From assembly GCA_043228905.1 (NCBI GenBank), contig JBHGNT010000008.1, positions 6,882,001-6,946,000 on the forward strand: a stretch of 64,000 nt of DNA, given 5' to 3'. The first letter of the stretch is position 1; each line of letters opens with the position of its first letter. This stretch comes from Azolla caroliniana (Eukaryota; Plantae; Polypodiophyta). Below are positions 47,332-61,000 of the stretch, in pieces. The translations under genes and the position numbers were made by a program. The notes beneath the pieces are model-generated. The model was not told where the DNA came from. It ran no database searches and saw only the letters and a program-made list of their open reading frames with translations.

Positions 47332-49951
47332 GAGCATAGATAAAAGATAGAGACAATGTATAATTCAAGAAAGAAGATTGAGACAAAATATGATTTAAGA
47401 AGGAAGATTGGGACAAAGTATGAATCAAGAAACAAGAGTATTTGATATAAACATGATGTATATTAAAAAGACAATATTTTACCAACTTTACAATCCTTGA
47501 TCGCAAACTGAACACATTCTCTACCGACCCTTGATTTGAACCCACGACCTCAACTTTGAAACGAGAGGTTCTCCACCCAACGAGCTAATCTTCTTTACTT
47601 GATTCTATTATTTTCTCACTCTCTCTTCTTTGATTCCTTTCTTGTTTTCCTTGCCCCTCTTTTTATAAGTATTTCCATGCATATGGTAATGGCATGCATG
47701 TAATGCATGAGTTACATCTTATGCATGATCGCCATTTGACACACATGCATTGCATGTGATGCATGATAGCCATCATGCTCATTTGAGCTCCCATGTATTG
47801 GGATAAGTATAATGATGGATATAACCCTAAAACAAATAACTTAGCTTAGTGGTGTATGCTTTGTGCTTGATATACAAGGTTGAGGGTTCAAGTCCCTCAA
47901 TTTTACTGTTGAGAGACAAGCTCAACATCGGCCGGATCGGCTGAAGAAGCCGAGGACCGGATCGGTTGGGACCGATCGGTTAGGCCGAGTGCGTAAACCG
48001 GGAGGTCGTTAGGAAAGATATTCCGTGAGTAATATATTTGGGAGTTAGTGTAGGAGCTCTTAATGAGCATTGAAGTACTGTCAGTACTTCGGTCAGTCCT
48101 CTTAGGACTTGTATAAAAGTGCTCACTGAGCACGTCTTATGTACAAAGATTGTGTATTATTGTTGAATATAGTTTTTTTGTGTTTCTCTCTCTGTCTCTC
48201 CCTCGTATACCGTGTAAGCCTAAGCTCTCCATTGAACCTAAGTTTCCTTCCTCTGTTCTGTCTTCATACTTGCTTCCGCACGCTACTTTCTACATGGTAT
48301 CAGAGCGCGAGGGTTGAGAACCTCTCTGCAGCCGACACAGCTTGACGAAGAAGAACAAGAAGAACGATGGATAGAGGCATGGCGAGCTCGCTTCCAACAG
48401 AGAAGCTCGACAGAACCAACTATGCGTCTTGGTCCTACAAGATGCACCAGTACCTACTCGGGCACGGCTACTGGAGTTATGTCGAAGGAGCTAATGACGC
48501 GGCACCCGAATCGACACACAGAGACTTCCCGTTGTGGGAGCAATCGGCGAGCAGGGTACTATACTGCTTCGCGTCGTGTGTGGGCGAACAGCTATTGAGC
48601 TATGTTCGGGATGCAAAGACGCCGAAGGGTGCGTGGGAAAATCTGAAGAAGATTTTCGCCGCAAGCACCACAGCCAGGAAGCTTCAGCTCCGACAGGAGT
48701 TGAGCAACCTACGACAACGCGACTTGTCGGTGGCGGACTATACCTCGAAGATCAAGGATATCTGCGACTCCCTTGCCTCCATAGAGGTGAACATCGAGGA
48801 GAGCGAGATGGTCTAGATCTGTCTCGGAGGTTTGGCGTCTAAGTTCGGAGCGTTCCGAACGGCTGTGTGTACTCGGGAGAATACGCCGTCCTTTTTCGAC
48901 TTACAGTCAATGCTCCTGGTAGAGGAGAACCATGCGGGTGCGTCTACAAGCACACACACCGATAGCAGAATGTTGTACACGGAGGGAGATAGGCCCCGTG
49001 GACGTGGAGGATGAGGCGAGTCGGCATGCAATGGAGGCGGCCGACGAGATCAAGAAAGAAGGCACCGAAGTGATGCCGACAGCAACTCCAAACCCTCCGG
49101 AAACAGGGGGAGTCGAAGCGATGAGAACCGGCAAGGGAAGTCCATCGCGGAGTGTTGGTACTGTGGCAAGAAAGGCCACAGGGAAAGTGAGTGCTGGAAG
49201 AAGCGCGCCGATTCGGAGAGAACTGGTTCCGGGAACGGCTCCATACATACCGACAAGGGAAATCGGCAGCGATCGCACTACGTTGAAGACTCCGGGAGAG
49301 CCGGAGAAGGGTCTGTCTTCGTGACGAGACACGAAGCACACTCAATGAAACAGAGCACCCCGAGATCGGACGAGGTGTGGTACGTAGACTCCGGCGCGTC
49401 AAACCACATGACGAGCCATAAGGAGTGGTTCTCGTACCTTGAAAAACCGATACAACCTGGAGTAGTCGCAACTGGAGACGACACTCCGCATCCAATCGCC
49501 AATGTCGGAGAAGTTCCCCTTAGCCATGTCGGGCAAAAAGGGAAACTCAAGAACGTGTTGTCAGAACCAAGGATAAAAGATAGAGTGATGGAAGAAGGAT
49601 AGAGAAGAATGGATGTATAAGATAGAGAAAGAAAGAGAATGGATACAAGATATGTAATGAGAGCTAAAGACTGGTGTTGATTCGAATTGATTTGAGAATA
49701 CATGTATGCGCTTATTTATAGGTTCCTATAGAATAGCTTAGAGATTTCTAGAATGTTCTAGAATGTTCTAGACCTAGAATGCTCTAGGACATTCTAGAAC
49801 ATTCTAGAATAATCTAGAGTTTATACAATAATCAATGTAATATAAGAAGTAGCTTTTATTGTTTCATATAACAATAAGCTATCTTAATGGTTGAGGTTTT
49901 CAAGTATGAATTACAAGGTTCGAGGTTCAAGTCCGGGTGACGCCATAATGG

Positions 49952-52900
49952 TCATGTGTTCATGACACTATCCCTCCTTCGAGAACGCCGAGTGGAAGTC
50001 GGCGTTAACATTATTGGGCCAGGCTTGTTTGGATAGTGACGATGGAAGTCGTTGACCAGAGCTTCAGCATTACAAACGTTATCGATGGGTTCCCAAGTGC
50101 GATCACTCGGAGGATAACCAAGCCAATCAACTAGATAATAAAGCTTATTGCGCACAATCTTAGAATCGAGAATAGCAGCTACCTCGTATTCGGGGCTGTC
50201 CACAAGTTGTATAGAAGGCGGTGGTGGCACGACACGATTAGGAATTAAAGAGGTGTGGCAAGGTTCCAAAAGAGAGCTATGAAAGACAGGGTGAAGCCGC
50301 ATATGTGCAGGAAGGTTAAGACGAAATGTTGCATCATTAATCTGCGTCGTGATGACAAAAGGACCTAAGCGTTGATAGTCAAGCTTAGCACACAGTCGGG
50401 TAGTCTTGATGTGACGACAAAGCAACCATACATGGTCACCAACCTTAAACGGAGACTTAAGACGATGTCGATCGGCATTGGTCTTATGGTGTGCTTGCGC
50501 TTTCTGAAGATGTGACGATAACTCGAACTGGATTTGTTGTAGTCGGTGGAGGTGATGCGCCGCACTAGGGTTTCGTGACACCTCGGGAAGATCCAGTATA
50601 CACCATCGAGGGTGGTTGCCAGTGTAGGCAAAGAAAGGTGTAACTTTGGTAGAAGAGTGGACCGAGTTGTTGTATGCAAACTCGGCAAGATGTAAAATTT
50701 TACTCCAATCATCTTGTTGATAACTAATGAAACATCGAAGATATTGCTCGAGCGTTTGATTTGTGCGCTCTGTTTGTCCGTCAGTTTGTGGATGATAAGC
50801 CGAAGAGAGTTTGCAAGAGATTTTGAGGCCTGCCCATAGGTGCTTCCAAAAGTGTGAGATAAATTGAGGACCTCGATCGCTAATAATATCATTCGGGAGA
50901 CCATGATGGCGAAACACTTCACGCATAATGAGATCTGCAGTTTCTTCACTATTGATGGTCTTTACACATGGTACAAAATGTGCCATCTTGGTGAACCGAT
51001 CCACTACTGTTAAAATAGTATCAAAGCCTTTGGAAGGTGGCAGATCCGTAATGAAATCCATAGAAATAGACTGCCATGGCTTGTTGGGAGGGGTTAATGG
51101 TTGTAGTAAGCCATAAGGGTGATGCCGGGGTATTTTGGCGCGACAGCAGGTGTCACAAGTGCGAACATAATCTTCGACAAATTTTTGCAAGTGAGGCCAC
51201 CAAAATGAACGTTTCACCAGCTCAATGGTCTTGGAAATACCAAAATGTCCAGCCATGGGGGCATCATGACAATGTTCCAACACTTGAAGTCGGGGTGATC
51301 CGTCGGGGACGTAAAGGAGATTCTTGTAGAAGAGTAAACCATCTTGCCACTTGAAGCCCTGATAATGTTGAGATGACCCTGGCAATGTGGAGCAAGATGG
51401 ACGACTTGAACCACAGTGGGCTAAGACATCCTTACCAAAATCATCCGAATGAAGTTGTTGCCGAATAGTGTCAAGAAGGGTAGAATCAAGTGGTGTGGCA
51501 TAAATTGTTGTTACCTGTAGCTTTGATGGCCCGAGGAGAGTTTGCTTTTGATTATCAAAGGCCGGATCTCCAGGTCGAAGGGCTAGATACGAACGCCGAG
51601 ACAGAGCATCTGCTTTCCCTTGTTGTTTTCCGGGGCGAAAAATGATCTTGAAATCGAAACGCGTTAGAAATTGGGCCCACCGAGCTTGTCGTCTATTTAA
51701 TACTCGAGCTGTTTGAAAATATGTGAGATTTTTGTGATCACTATAAATGATAATCTGATGAGGTGATCCTTCTAGAAAATGACGCCATTGCTCGAATGAG
51801 TCGACCACAGCTAGTAACTCCTTATCATGCACCTCATAGTTTATCTCCGAAACAGTAAACTTTCTCGAGTGAAACGCGACTGGATGTATCTACCCGTCCT
51901 CGCCTGGTTGCGATAGGATACTCCCCAATGCAAAGTCTGATGCATCCGCCTCAATAGTAAATGGCTTTTCAGGATCAATATGTGCTAGGATGGGTGCTGA
52001 TGTGAATGCCTCTTTCAGTTGCGTAAAAGCCTTGTCCGCTTCGATACTCCAAAAAAATGCTTGATTTTTCTTGGTGAGTTGAGTAAGGGGCAACACAATG
52101 CTTGAATAATTATGTATGAATTTGTGATAGAAGTTCGCAAATCCGAGGAAACACTGGACATCCCGAACTGAGCATGGGGGTTTCCATTCCAATATTGTTT
52201 GGACTTTTGCCAGGTCCATGAAAACACCCTGGGATGAAATAGTGTATCCCAAAAATTCAACTTGTTTGCAATCAAAACTGCATTTCTCAAGTTTGGCGTA
52301 AAGACCATACTTCCTTAGGCGTTCAAGTACTTGCCGCACATGTATATCATGCTCCCCCTGTGTTTTAGAGTAAATCAATAGATCATCTAGGTAGATGATT
52401 AGAAAAATATCCAAGAAATCCCGGAAGATGTCATTTGCCATATGTTGGAATACGGCAGGTGCATTTGTGAGCCCGAAAGGCATGACTGTATACTCGAAAT
52501 GACCATACCGAGTACGAAACGTTGTTTTCCACTCATCTCCCGGCCGAATTTGAACAAGATTATATGCACCCCTTAGATCAATTTTGGTAAAATGCTTTGC
52601 CCCACCAATGCGTTCTAAGAGATTGTAGATTAAAGGTAAAGCATACCTATTCCTTATGGTGACTTTATTTAAGCCTCGATAGTCCACGACCAAACGAAGG
52701 GAGCCATCCTTTTTCTTCACAAAAAAGATAGGAGCACCAGCTGGAGACTTTGAATGTCGAATAAACCCATGTGCAAGATTTTCCTCAATGTATTCTCAAA
52801 GAACCTCAAGCTCAGTGGGTGATAAATTGTAAATCGGACCCCACGGAGGCTCTTTTCCTGGTTGGAGATCAATAGGACAGTCGTACGGCCGATGCTTTGG

Positions 52901-53620
52901 AAGAACACTAGCTTTGACTTTGTCGAAAACATCAGCATAGTCTTGATATTTTTTGGGAATTTGGATGTCTGAATTCCCTTGAGTGACACTAGAAGGTGTC
53001 ACTGATACTGCAAATAAGAAAAGGTCCTCCTTGCCTCCCACTTGGTGCAATTGATGCGATGTGATGGCTGAAATTTGATGAGAAGGATATGGTGCATCGG
53101 TAGAACTATATACTTTGGGAGGATAATCCCGAGTTCGATCCTTGAGAATGATATTTTCTGCTAAAGGGCACCTAATTTCTCGCTTCCTCCAATCGATTCT
53201 AGGGTTATGTAGCTCGAACCATGGCAAACCGAGGACAATTGGATGCTCAGGACTACGGATTATGTTAAAGGAAACTACACATCCTAAATCACCCAAGAGT
53301 ATGTGTATTGGCTCAGACTCTTCAAATATCTTCCCGGAAGCTATGGGGCGTCCATCAATCACTACTACGGAAACTGGACAAGGAAGTGTATGCAAGGATA
53401 TTTGGTGTTTTTGGGCAAAATCTCTATCCATGAAACAAGAATTGGCTCCAGTATCTAAGAGGGCTTGGACTTGAAGTTGACAACTGGCTGTCCTAACTTG
53501 TACTAGGGCTGAGAAGACTCTACTAACATGCTTGGAAGAAATGGAACCCACACTAGGTTGTACATATCTAGGGTTGTCCAACCAAATGGCTCCTATTTTG
53601 GCCGGACTTATTCGTTTGAC
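49952..53620 (-). pseudogene. Chromovirus Pol (protease, RT, RNase H, integrase, chromodomain) with two in-frame stops at 52796 and 51890
   Basis: LLDTGA, YLDDLL, EADASD, ISMDFI, DGQTER, GPF, EYEVAAILDSK..YLVDWLGY..TWEP; the three ORFs share one frame. Confidence 0.93.
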
Positions 53621-54771
53621 TCCTCTTCTAATTGGCTTAGGACTTCAAATTTATTGGACAAGGGTGGATTATTCATAATATTAGATTCACTAACTACTTC
53701 TAAAATGTTGGACTCATTTTTATTGTCATAGTGAATTTGATTTACCTGACGTCTCGGCCTACGGGAGCAATGAATGGCTATATGTCCTGGACCTCCACAA
53801 TATAAGCACAGATGGTTTGCTCGACGACGTTGCTTCTCTTCGTCTGACAACAGTCCTCGTCGTTGAGTCATATCGATCTCCATGGGTGTAGGACTATCCA
53901 TTGGGACTGGACTACGTGTTTGCCTTGGAGTTGGAGCAGGGCTATACATTTGCCTTGGGGATGATTGCGCCGTTACTGATGCATAAGTTGGTGTGAATCT
54001 AGATCTTGTTATTTGTTGTTGTCGCTCACATCGACGCTCAAAAAGGCGATTATCACACCGTATTGCTCGACTAATAGCTTCTGTAAGTGACCTTGGATCC
54101 TCGGGGAAGGTAAGAAGTAATTCTTTGACATCACTACGAAGGCCTGAACGGAATTGCTCCATTAGGGCTTGTTCATCCCAAGGAATATCGCTTGCGATGA
54201 GACGGAAATTGGCAGCATATGTTGAAGCTGGTTGATCACCTTGACGAAGTGTACGAATCTTGTTGATAGCTGTTCTCGCCCCATCAGTATCTCCGAAACA
54301 AGCCTTAAATTCCTTGATAAATTCCTCGAAATTATTCAATAGAGGAGAATTGGTCTCTAGCAATGGAGCAAACCACGACAACGCTATGCCAGTCAATAAA
54401 GTGCCCACTAGCCCGACTCGTGATGCATCTGTTGGATAACGTGCGGGATGCATTTGAATCACCAACCGTACTTGATTCAAAAAACCTCGGAAATGCGCCC
54501 TCGACCCATCAAATTTAGCTGGGAGGCTAATTTTGGGCTCCTTGATAAGTCCATGACCTTCAACCCTTTGTTGTTGTAACACGAAGATTGTTGACTCTAA
54601 CTGTTGCACTCGTCGCGTGAACTCCTCTTGTTGTTGTTGCTTCTCTATAGTAACCTTTTGTAGATCCCCAAGTAGACGTTGATTCTCTACTTCAAGAGAT
54701 GCGAACTTGGATTTAAGGTTCTCCATTTCTGCAACAAGGGTGAGATATTCTTTTGAGTTAATGGCAACCAT
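53608..54771 (-). CDS. Chromovirus Gag (retrotransposon gag domain, PMEID, CLYCGGPGHIAIHC)
   Basis: Intact 387-aa ORF. Confidence 0.93.
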   Translation of the reverse strand: MVAINSKEYLTLVAEMENLKSKFASLEVENQRLLGDLQKVTIEKQQQQEEFTRRVQQLESTIFVLQQQRVEGHGLIKEPKISLPAKFDGSRAHFRGFLNQVRLVIQMHPARYPTDASRVGLVGTLLTGIALSWFAPLLETNSPLLNNFEEFIKEFKACFGDTDGARTAINKIRTLRQGDQPASTYAANFRLIASDIPWDEQALMEQFRSGLRSDVKELLLTFPEDPRSLTEAISRAIRCDNRLFERRCERQQQITRSRFTPTYASVTAQSSPRQMYSPAPTPRQTRSPVPMDSPTPMEIDMTQRRGLLSDEEKQRRRANHLCLYCGGPGHIAIHCSRRPRRQVNQIHYDNKNESNILEVVSESNIMNNPPLSNKFEVLSQLEEESNE

Positions 54772-55024
54772 GGTTTCAGGATGGTTACAAAGGAGGATAA
54801 GAGAGAGAGAGAGAGAGAGAGAGAATTCGAATCAAACTGTCAGAACCAAGGATAAAAGGTAGAGTGATGGAAGAAGGATAGAGAAGAATGGATGTATAAG
54901 ATAGAGAAAGAAAGAGAATGGATACAAGATATGTAATGAGAGCTAAAGACTGGTGTTGATTCGAATTGATTTGAGAATACATGTATGCGCTTATTTATAG
55001 GTTCCTATAGAATAGCTTAGAGAT

Positions 55025-55088
55025 TTCTAGAATGTTCTAGAATGTTCTAGACCTAGAATGCTCTAGGACATTCTAGAACATTCTAGAA
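55025..55088 (-). promoter_or_regulatory. Heat-shock element arrays upstream of the TATA box in the chromovirus LTR (copy at 49746-49809)
   Basis: TTCtaGAAtgTTCtaGAAtgTTC and TTCtaGAAcaTTCtaGAA; TATAAATA on minus at 54992-54999. Confidence 0.75.
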
Positions 55089-58000
55089 TAATCTAGAGTT
55101 TATACAATAATCAATGTAATACAAGAAGTAGCTTTTATTGTTTCATATAACAATAAGCTATCTTAATGGTTGAGGTTTTCAAGTATGAATTACAAGGTTC
55201 GAGGTTCAAGTCCGGGTGACGCCATAATGGTCATGTGTTCATGACACGTGTTGCACGTTCCGACAATCACGAAGAACTTGGTCTCAATCGGACAGATCGT
55301 TGACCAAGGGATGGAGGTTCGGTTTACACACCTCGGGTGCTTCATTGAGGAAGAAGGTCATGTGATTGCGCAAGGGCGCAGAGACGGGAGGATGTTCATC
55401 CTCGACTCCACTGACGGCGGCACCGCAATGTTCACAAAGGGACAAAAAGCCGAGTCGGACATCGACTTGTGGCACAAGCGGATAGGCCACGTCAACCACC
55501 AGCGGCTTCAAGATCTGCAATCGAAATAGGTAGTGTTCGGATTGCCCAAGTTTAGTGGCCGAAAGGCACAAATTTGTGAAGCCTGCCAGCTCGGGAAGCA
55601 ACACCGACTTCCCTTCCCCAACGAGCGAAACCGGAGCCGGAACAAGCTCGACCTTATACACTCCGATGTGTGGGGGCCGGCACAAAACGTTAGTCTTGGC
55701 GGGAGCCGATATTTCGTCTCCTTCATCGACGACCGCACGCGGCACACATGGATCTACCTCATTGAGAGGAAGAGCGAAGTCTTCGACTGTTTCCGGGACC
55801 TCAAAGGGTTCGTGGAAGCCGAAACGGGACGAAAGATCAAGTGTCTGCGGTCGGATGGCGGGAAAGAGTACTTTTCCGGTCAATTCAACGGTTACCTACA
55901 ACAAATGGGAATTCGCCGCGAATTCAGTTGTAGATACACGCCGGAGCAGAACGGCGTGGCCGAGAGAAAGAATCGGTCGATTGTGGAAGCGGCACGGGCA
56001 ATGCTGAAGGAGAAGAGCTTGCCCAAGTTCTACTGGGCCGAGGCGGTAAGGACCGCGGTATACATCCAGAACTGGATCGGAGACAAAGTGTCGGCGCACG
56101 AGCTATATTTCGGAACGAAGCCGAACTTGCGACACTTGAGGGTGTTCGGTAGCATTGCGTATGTGCATGTACCGAAGGAGAAAAGGAGGAAGCTGGACGC
56201 AAAGGCTGAGAAGTGCATCTTGGTCGGTTACTCGGACGAGCAGAAGGGTTATAAGTGCTATAACCCTCGCACCAAACAAGCGCGTGTCAGCCGCGACGTT
56301 GTGTTTGACGAGTCCGCGTCCTAGTACCTGCCCTCGCCTCGGAACCCCGACTCCAATACGAGCTCTGACGATGAGGTCAGCGAGGCCGAGATGCCTCCGG
56401 ATGAGCCCGAAATCGAGACCCGCGAAGAGAGTCCGATTTCACTCCGGTTAAGTGGACCGATTGGACAACTGAGTCGGTACGACCAATCCAATGAAGAGCC
56501 GGCGAGTAGTGGAGACTCGGTCGTGCATTCCCCGCGCAGGAAGCCGAGGAGATGGCTTACGCGCAAAGAGAAAGGGAAAAAGAAAGTGTCGGATTCCGGC
56601 ACGGAAAGGAACGAGTCAGACCGACGCGAGTCCGACTCCGAGGGAACCAGTGACGGGTCTTTAAAGGTGAAGACCGCGTCGACCGAGAAGGCCTCGACAT
56701 CGGCTAATGTGAGATTACGCCGATCTACCCGCCAGAAGAACCCAGTTGTGCGGTTCGGATACAACGAGTACATGGCGCATCATTATGCGTACATGACCCA
56801 TGTAGCGGAAGTGCGTGAGCCGGAGAGCTACGCAGAAGCGGCGAAGGACGCGAATTGGCGCGCCGCGATAGAGGAAGAGATGCACGCATTGGCGGAGAAC
56901 GAGACCTGGAACCTGGTTGACGCACCGAAGGGTGTGAAGCCGATCGGGTGTAGATGGGTGTACAAAGTCAAGTACAACACCGATGGCTTGGTCAACCGGT
57001 ACAAGGCTCGGCTAGTTGCAAAGGGCTACGCGCAGAAGCACGGCATCGACTACGATGAGACGTTTGCGCCGGTTGCGAAAATGATGACCATCCGTGTTTT
57101 ACTCGCAGTAGCTGCGGCGAAGGGGTGGCACTTACATCAGATGGATGTAAAGAATGCATTCCTGCAAGGTGACCTTGAGGAACAGGTGTACATGGTACAG
57201 CCCCCCGGATTTCACTCTGGAACAAACTCCTCGGCAGTATGCCGACTGAAGAAGTCCCTTTACGGACTAAAGCAAGCCCCGCGTGCCTGGAACGCGAAGA
57301 TCACGCAACAACTACGTCGGATGGGCTTCGTCACGTCAAAATTGGACTCTTCCCTGTTCATCCGGAAAGGTCGACTCGGACCGGTAAGTATTTTACTGTA
57401 TGTTGATGACTTGGTCATCACCGGTGCCGACCTAGGTGAAATCGACCGCGTAAAGCTCCAGCTTGCGGCATCGTTCGACATAAAGGATCTGGAGGACCTT
57501 CATTACTTCCTCGGGATCGAAGTGATCCGTACCCCCGAAGGCATATTGATCAGCCAACACCACTACGTGCTGAGTATGCTCTTCAAACTCGGGATGGCCG
57601 ACTATAAGTCCATCTCGACTCCTCTGGACAGAACCGTCAAGCTTCGTCCTGATACGGGAAAGGTATGCGACCCGACGAGGTTCCGACAAATTGTCGGTAA
57701 CCTTATATACTTGACCATCACCCAACCCGACCTCAGTTATCCGGTCGGGGTGATCAGTCAGTTCATGGCGCGACCTACCGAGGAGCACCTTCAGTGTGCG
57801 CAACGCATACTTCGGTATGTCAACGGCACTAAGGACCGGGGACTGCTATATCGGACCGGTGCAGCCACGCAGTTAGTCGGCTACACCGATGCTGATTGGG
57901 CTGGCAACGCCGCCGATCGTCGATCCACGTCCGGATACGCGTTCTCCCTCGGGAGTGCCGCGATCGCGTGGAGTAGTAAGAAGCAGCCGACAGTTGCTCT

Positions 58001-61000
58001 GTCGAGCACCGAAGCTGAGTACCAAGGAGCGGCTGCCGCGACATGCGAAGCCATATGGTTGAAGCGGCTACTTAAGGACCTGCAAGAGGAGGTGTCAGAT
58101 CCGACAACGATCTACTGCAACAACCTCAGCAGCATCCAGCTCGCGAAGAACCCCGTCTTCCACGCACGGACCAAGCACATTGAGGTGCACTACCATTTCG
58201 TCCGTGAGCGTGTCCTTTCCGGTGAAGTCGAACTTCAGTACGTTCTGACGGATCGGCAAGCTGCTGACGTCTTCACCAAGCCTCTTGGTCTAGACAAGTT
58301 GCGGCAGTTCTCAGGTGCGCTCGGATTGCGTCACCTTGACGTGCCGAACTTGAGGGGGAGAACAGTCCCGAACGACCAAGCAAGGCAGTAGGAAAGGAGC
58401 GGTGACCATGACACCGAGTCGGTTGACTCGTTTGTTGACTCGGTTGAAGACGGATCGGCTGAAGAAGCCGAGGGCGACTTCGGATCGGCTGAAGAAGCCG
58501 AGGGCGGACCCGCGGAAAAGTTTGGAAGCAAACAAAAGGGGAGCAACCGAAGGAGAGAGCCGAAGCCAACCACGCATTGGGAAGATGACGCCATCGAGGG
58601 CGAGAAGACCGAAGACGAGTTGGAGACAGCCAACTCGGACGAGAGCGAAGACCCATCGGAGGTAGCCGAGTCGGTTTGGATGTTTGATTCAGACACGCTG
58701 AATCAACCGAGGCCCAAGCGGAAGAAAAGGCAGCAGAAGAAGCGTCAACACCGCAACAATAGAAGAGCTGATGAGGGCCACATGAGCAGACAAGCCGACC
58801 GGAAGGGTCGAAGCGCGCGAAGTCGAACAGGTCGAGGAGCGCGAGCGAGGCGAGAAGCCAGGAGGAACCAGTGCTGTGAAGATCCCGAAGAGCCTCAAGT
58901 TGAGCTTGAGGGGGAATGTTGAGAGACAAGCTCAACATCGGCCAGATCAGCTGAAGAAGCCGAGGACCGGATCGGTTGGGACCGATCGGTTAGGCCGAGT
59001 GCGTAAATCGGGAGGTCGTTAGGAAAGATATTCCGTGAGGAATATATTTGGGAGTTAGTGTAGGAGATCTTAATGAGCATTGAAGTACTGTCAGTACTTC
59101 GGTCAGTCCTCTTAGGACTTGTATAAAAGTGCTCATTGAGCACGTCTTATGTACAGAGATTGTGTATTATTGTTGAATATAGTTTTTTTGTGTTTCTCTC
59201 TCTGTCTCTCCCTCGTATACCGTGTAAGCCTAAGCTCTCCATTGAACCTGAGTTTCCTTCCTCTGTTCTGTCTTCATACTTGCCTCCGCACGCTACTTTC
59301 TACATTTACTTAATACAATATTTAAGTTTATTCTTATATAGTAAAGCACATTCTTGACAACATTTCTATAAACAAATAGCCTACCCTACTGGTATATACA
59401 TTGTGCTTGGCTTATAAGGTTGTAGGTTCAAGTGTTTTAAATATTACTGAATTCAATATTTAAATTTATTTTTATATCATGAAGCAAATCCTTCATGACA
59501 CCGGCAACCAAAGATCTTTAACCACCAGCATGTCCCTCATCTTCGACTTCCACACTAAGTAGTTGGAGCCGATGAGCTTGAACATGTCACCGTAAGATTC
59601 TTCCATTTCCTGTGTTGTTCGCTCTAATACCAGTTGTAGAGAAATGTGTGGAATATCGTTCAGCCACAACAGAGTAGTAAATCACTTCTTTAAGAATCAA
59701 ACACAGAAATGGGAAGTGGAGAGTACACAAGAAAATAACACATGATGTTTACGTGCAAAACCCTAATAGGGAAAAACCACGGGAGCCCATAGACTCCGAA
59801 CTATCACTATGAAGAGAAGGGGTACAATCAGAGACTCGGAGGCAACGACCTCGAGCTCTATTTCTTCACACAGTGGTGGTTACAACAAAGTATCGCTTTG
59901 TATCTCTCTTTCTCCCTCTCTCTGTACAACAGTTGCAGCAATATGACAACAACACAAATCACACTCACTACATAAAGTGATTGCCCTAAGTCATATTTAT
60001 AGTTATATGAACTTAGGTCTATTTACAAATATAGCCTCAATGGGCTTATTCAAGACATATTTACAAATCTGTCTTCTCTTTCGGTTCTGACTGGGTCCAC
60101 CGATCCGGTTTCCAGATCTCTTCCGGTTCTCACCGGCTCTCTTCCGGTTCTCACCGGGTCCTCTTTATTCATCACCAGATCCCATCCAAAGAGACCGATT
60201 TTCCCAACAGATGTTACCCGTTAGCCTTCATCATCTAGCCGATCGGCTGATATCAGGTTCAACCAAACCTCCGGAACGTGTCGGACATCCTTCAGCAGCA
60301 ACTTGCACCTGGTTGATGTCGTCAAACACACATCTCCTATGCCGACAATTCAACATGACCCTTCATTCCCCATCCGGACAAAACCGTGATCTCCGATTGT
60401 GTAGGATGAGAAGCATTTCCAGTCCGGTGTCAGGTGGAATGATGCTCCGGAATCAACAACCCATGTTGTCTCATTGCCGACAAGGTTTAACTCATTCTCC
60501 TCGGTGATGAACAACAACTCTTCTTCACTTGTCGTGATCGCCGAAATTTCCGATCCGAACCTCTCCGGTCCAAACCATTTCGGTCCGAACTCTTCTTTGA
60601 CTCGGTGGTGTCGGCCCCTTTCTCTTTCCGGAAATGCCAACAGTTCTTCTGGAAGTGCCCCAGCTTCCCATAGTAGAAGCATGTGGGCCTCCCGCTTAAC
60701 TTCAACCTTGTCCCCGATTTGTCCCGGTTTTGGGGACTTCGATTTTGGCCTCTTCCCCGATTATAGTCATCTTCCATAACCAAGGCCTTTGGGTCGGTTT
60801 TGGATTCCCAATCCTTCCGGGGAGCTTCTTCATCTAACAAGCTTGATTTTACCCTTGCTAGGGACAACTGCGTTCCTTCCGGCTCGGCGTTGCCCAAAGT
60901 GACAACTAGCATCTCCCAACTATCCGAGAGGGAACCGAGCAGGAGCAATGCAAGTACCTCGTCGGATAGAGGTACTTCAAGCGAAGTTGTTTGATTTATG

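Larger units (their letters stand above)
49559..55246 (-). mobile_element. Tcn1-like chromovirus (Ty3/gypsy), full length and young
   Basis: 409-bp LTRs 49559-49967 and 54838-55246 (2 mismatches); TSD CGTGT; PPT GAAGGAGGGATAG; no tRNA PBS. Confidence 0.97.
47907..59304 (+). mobile_element. Full-length copia C (related to 1-3387) with several nonsense codons
   Basis: 388-bp LTRs 47907-48294 and 58917-59304 (~9 mismatches); TSD TTTAC; PBS TGGTATCAGAGC 48295; PPT; gag-pol 48367-49558 and 55247-58391. Confidence 0.96.

Noticed and set aside
58273-58938. env-like or extra ORF downstream of copia C pol
   Set aside because: Short, low-complexity repeat-derived frames with no transmembrane or conserved motif, and no counterpart in the related copy at 27421-27770
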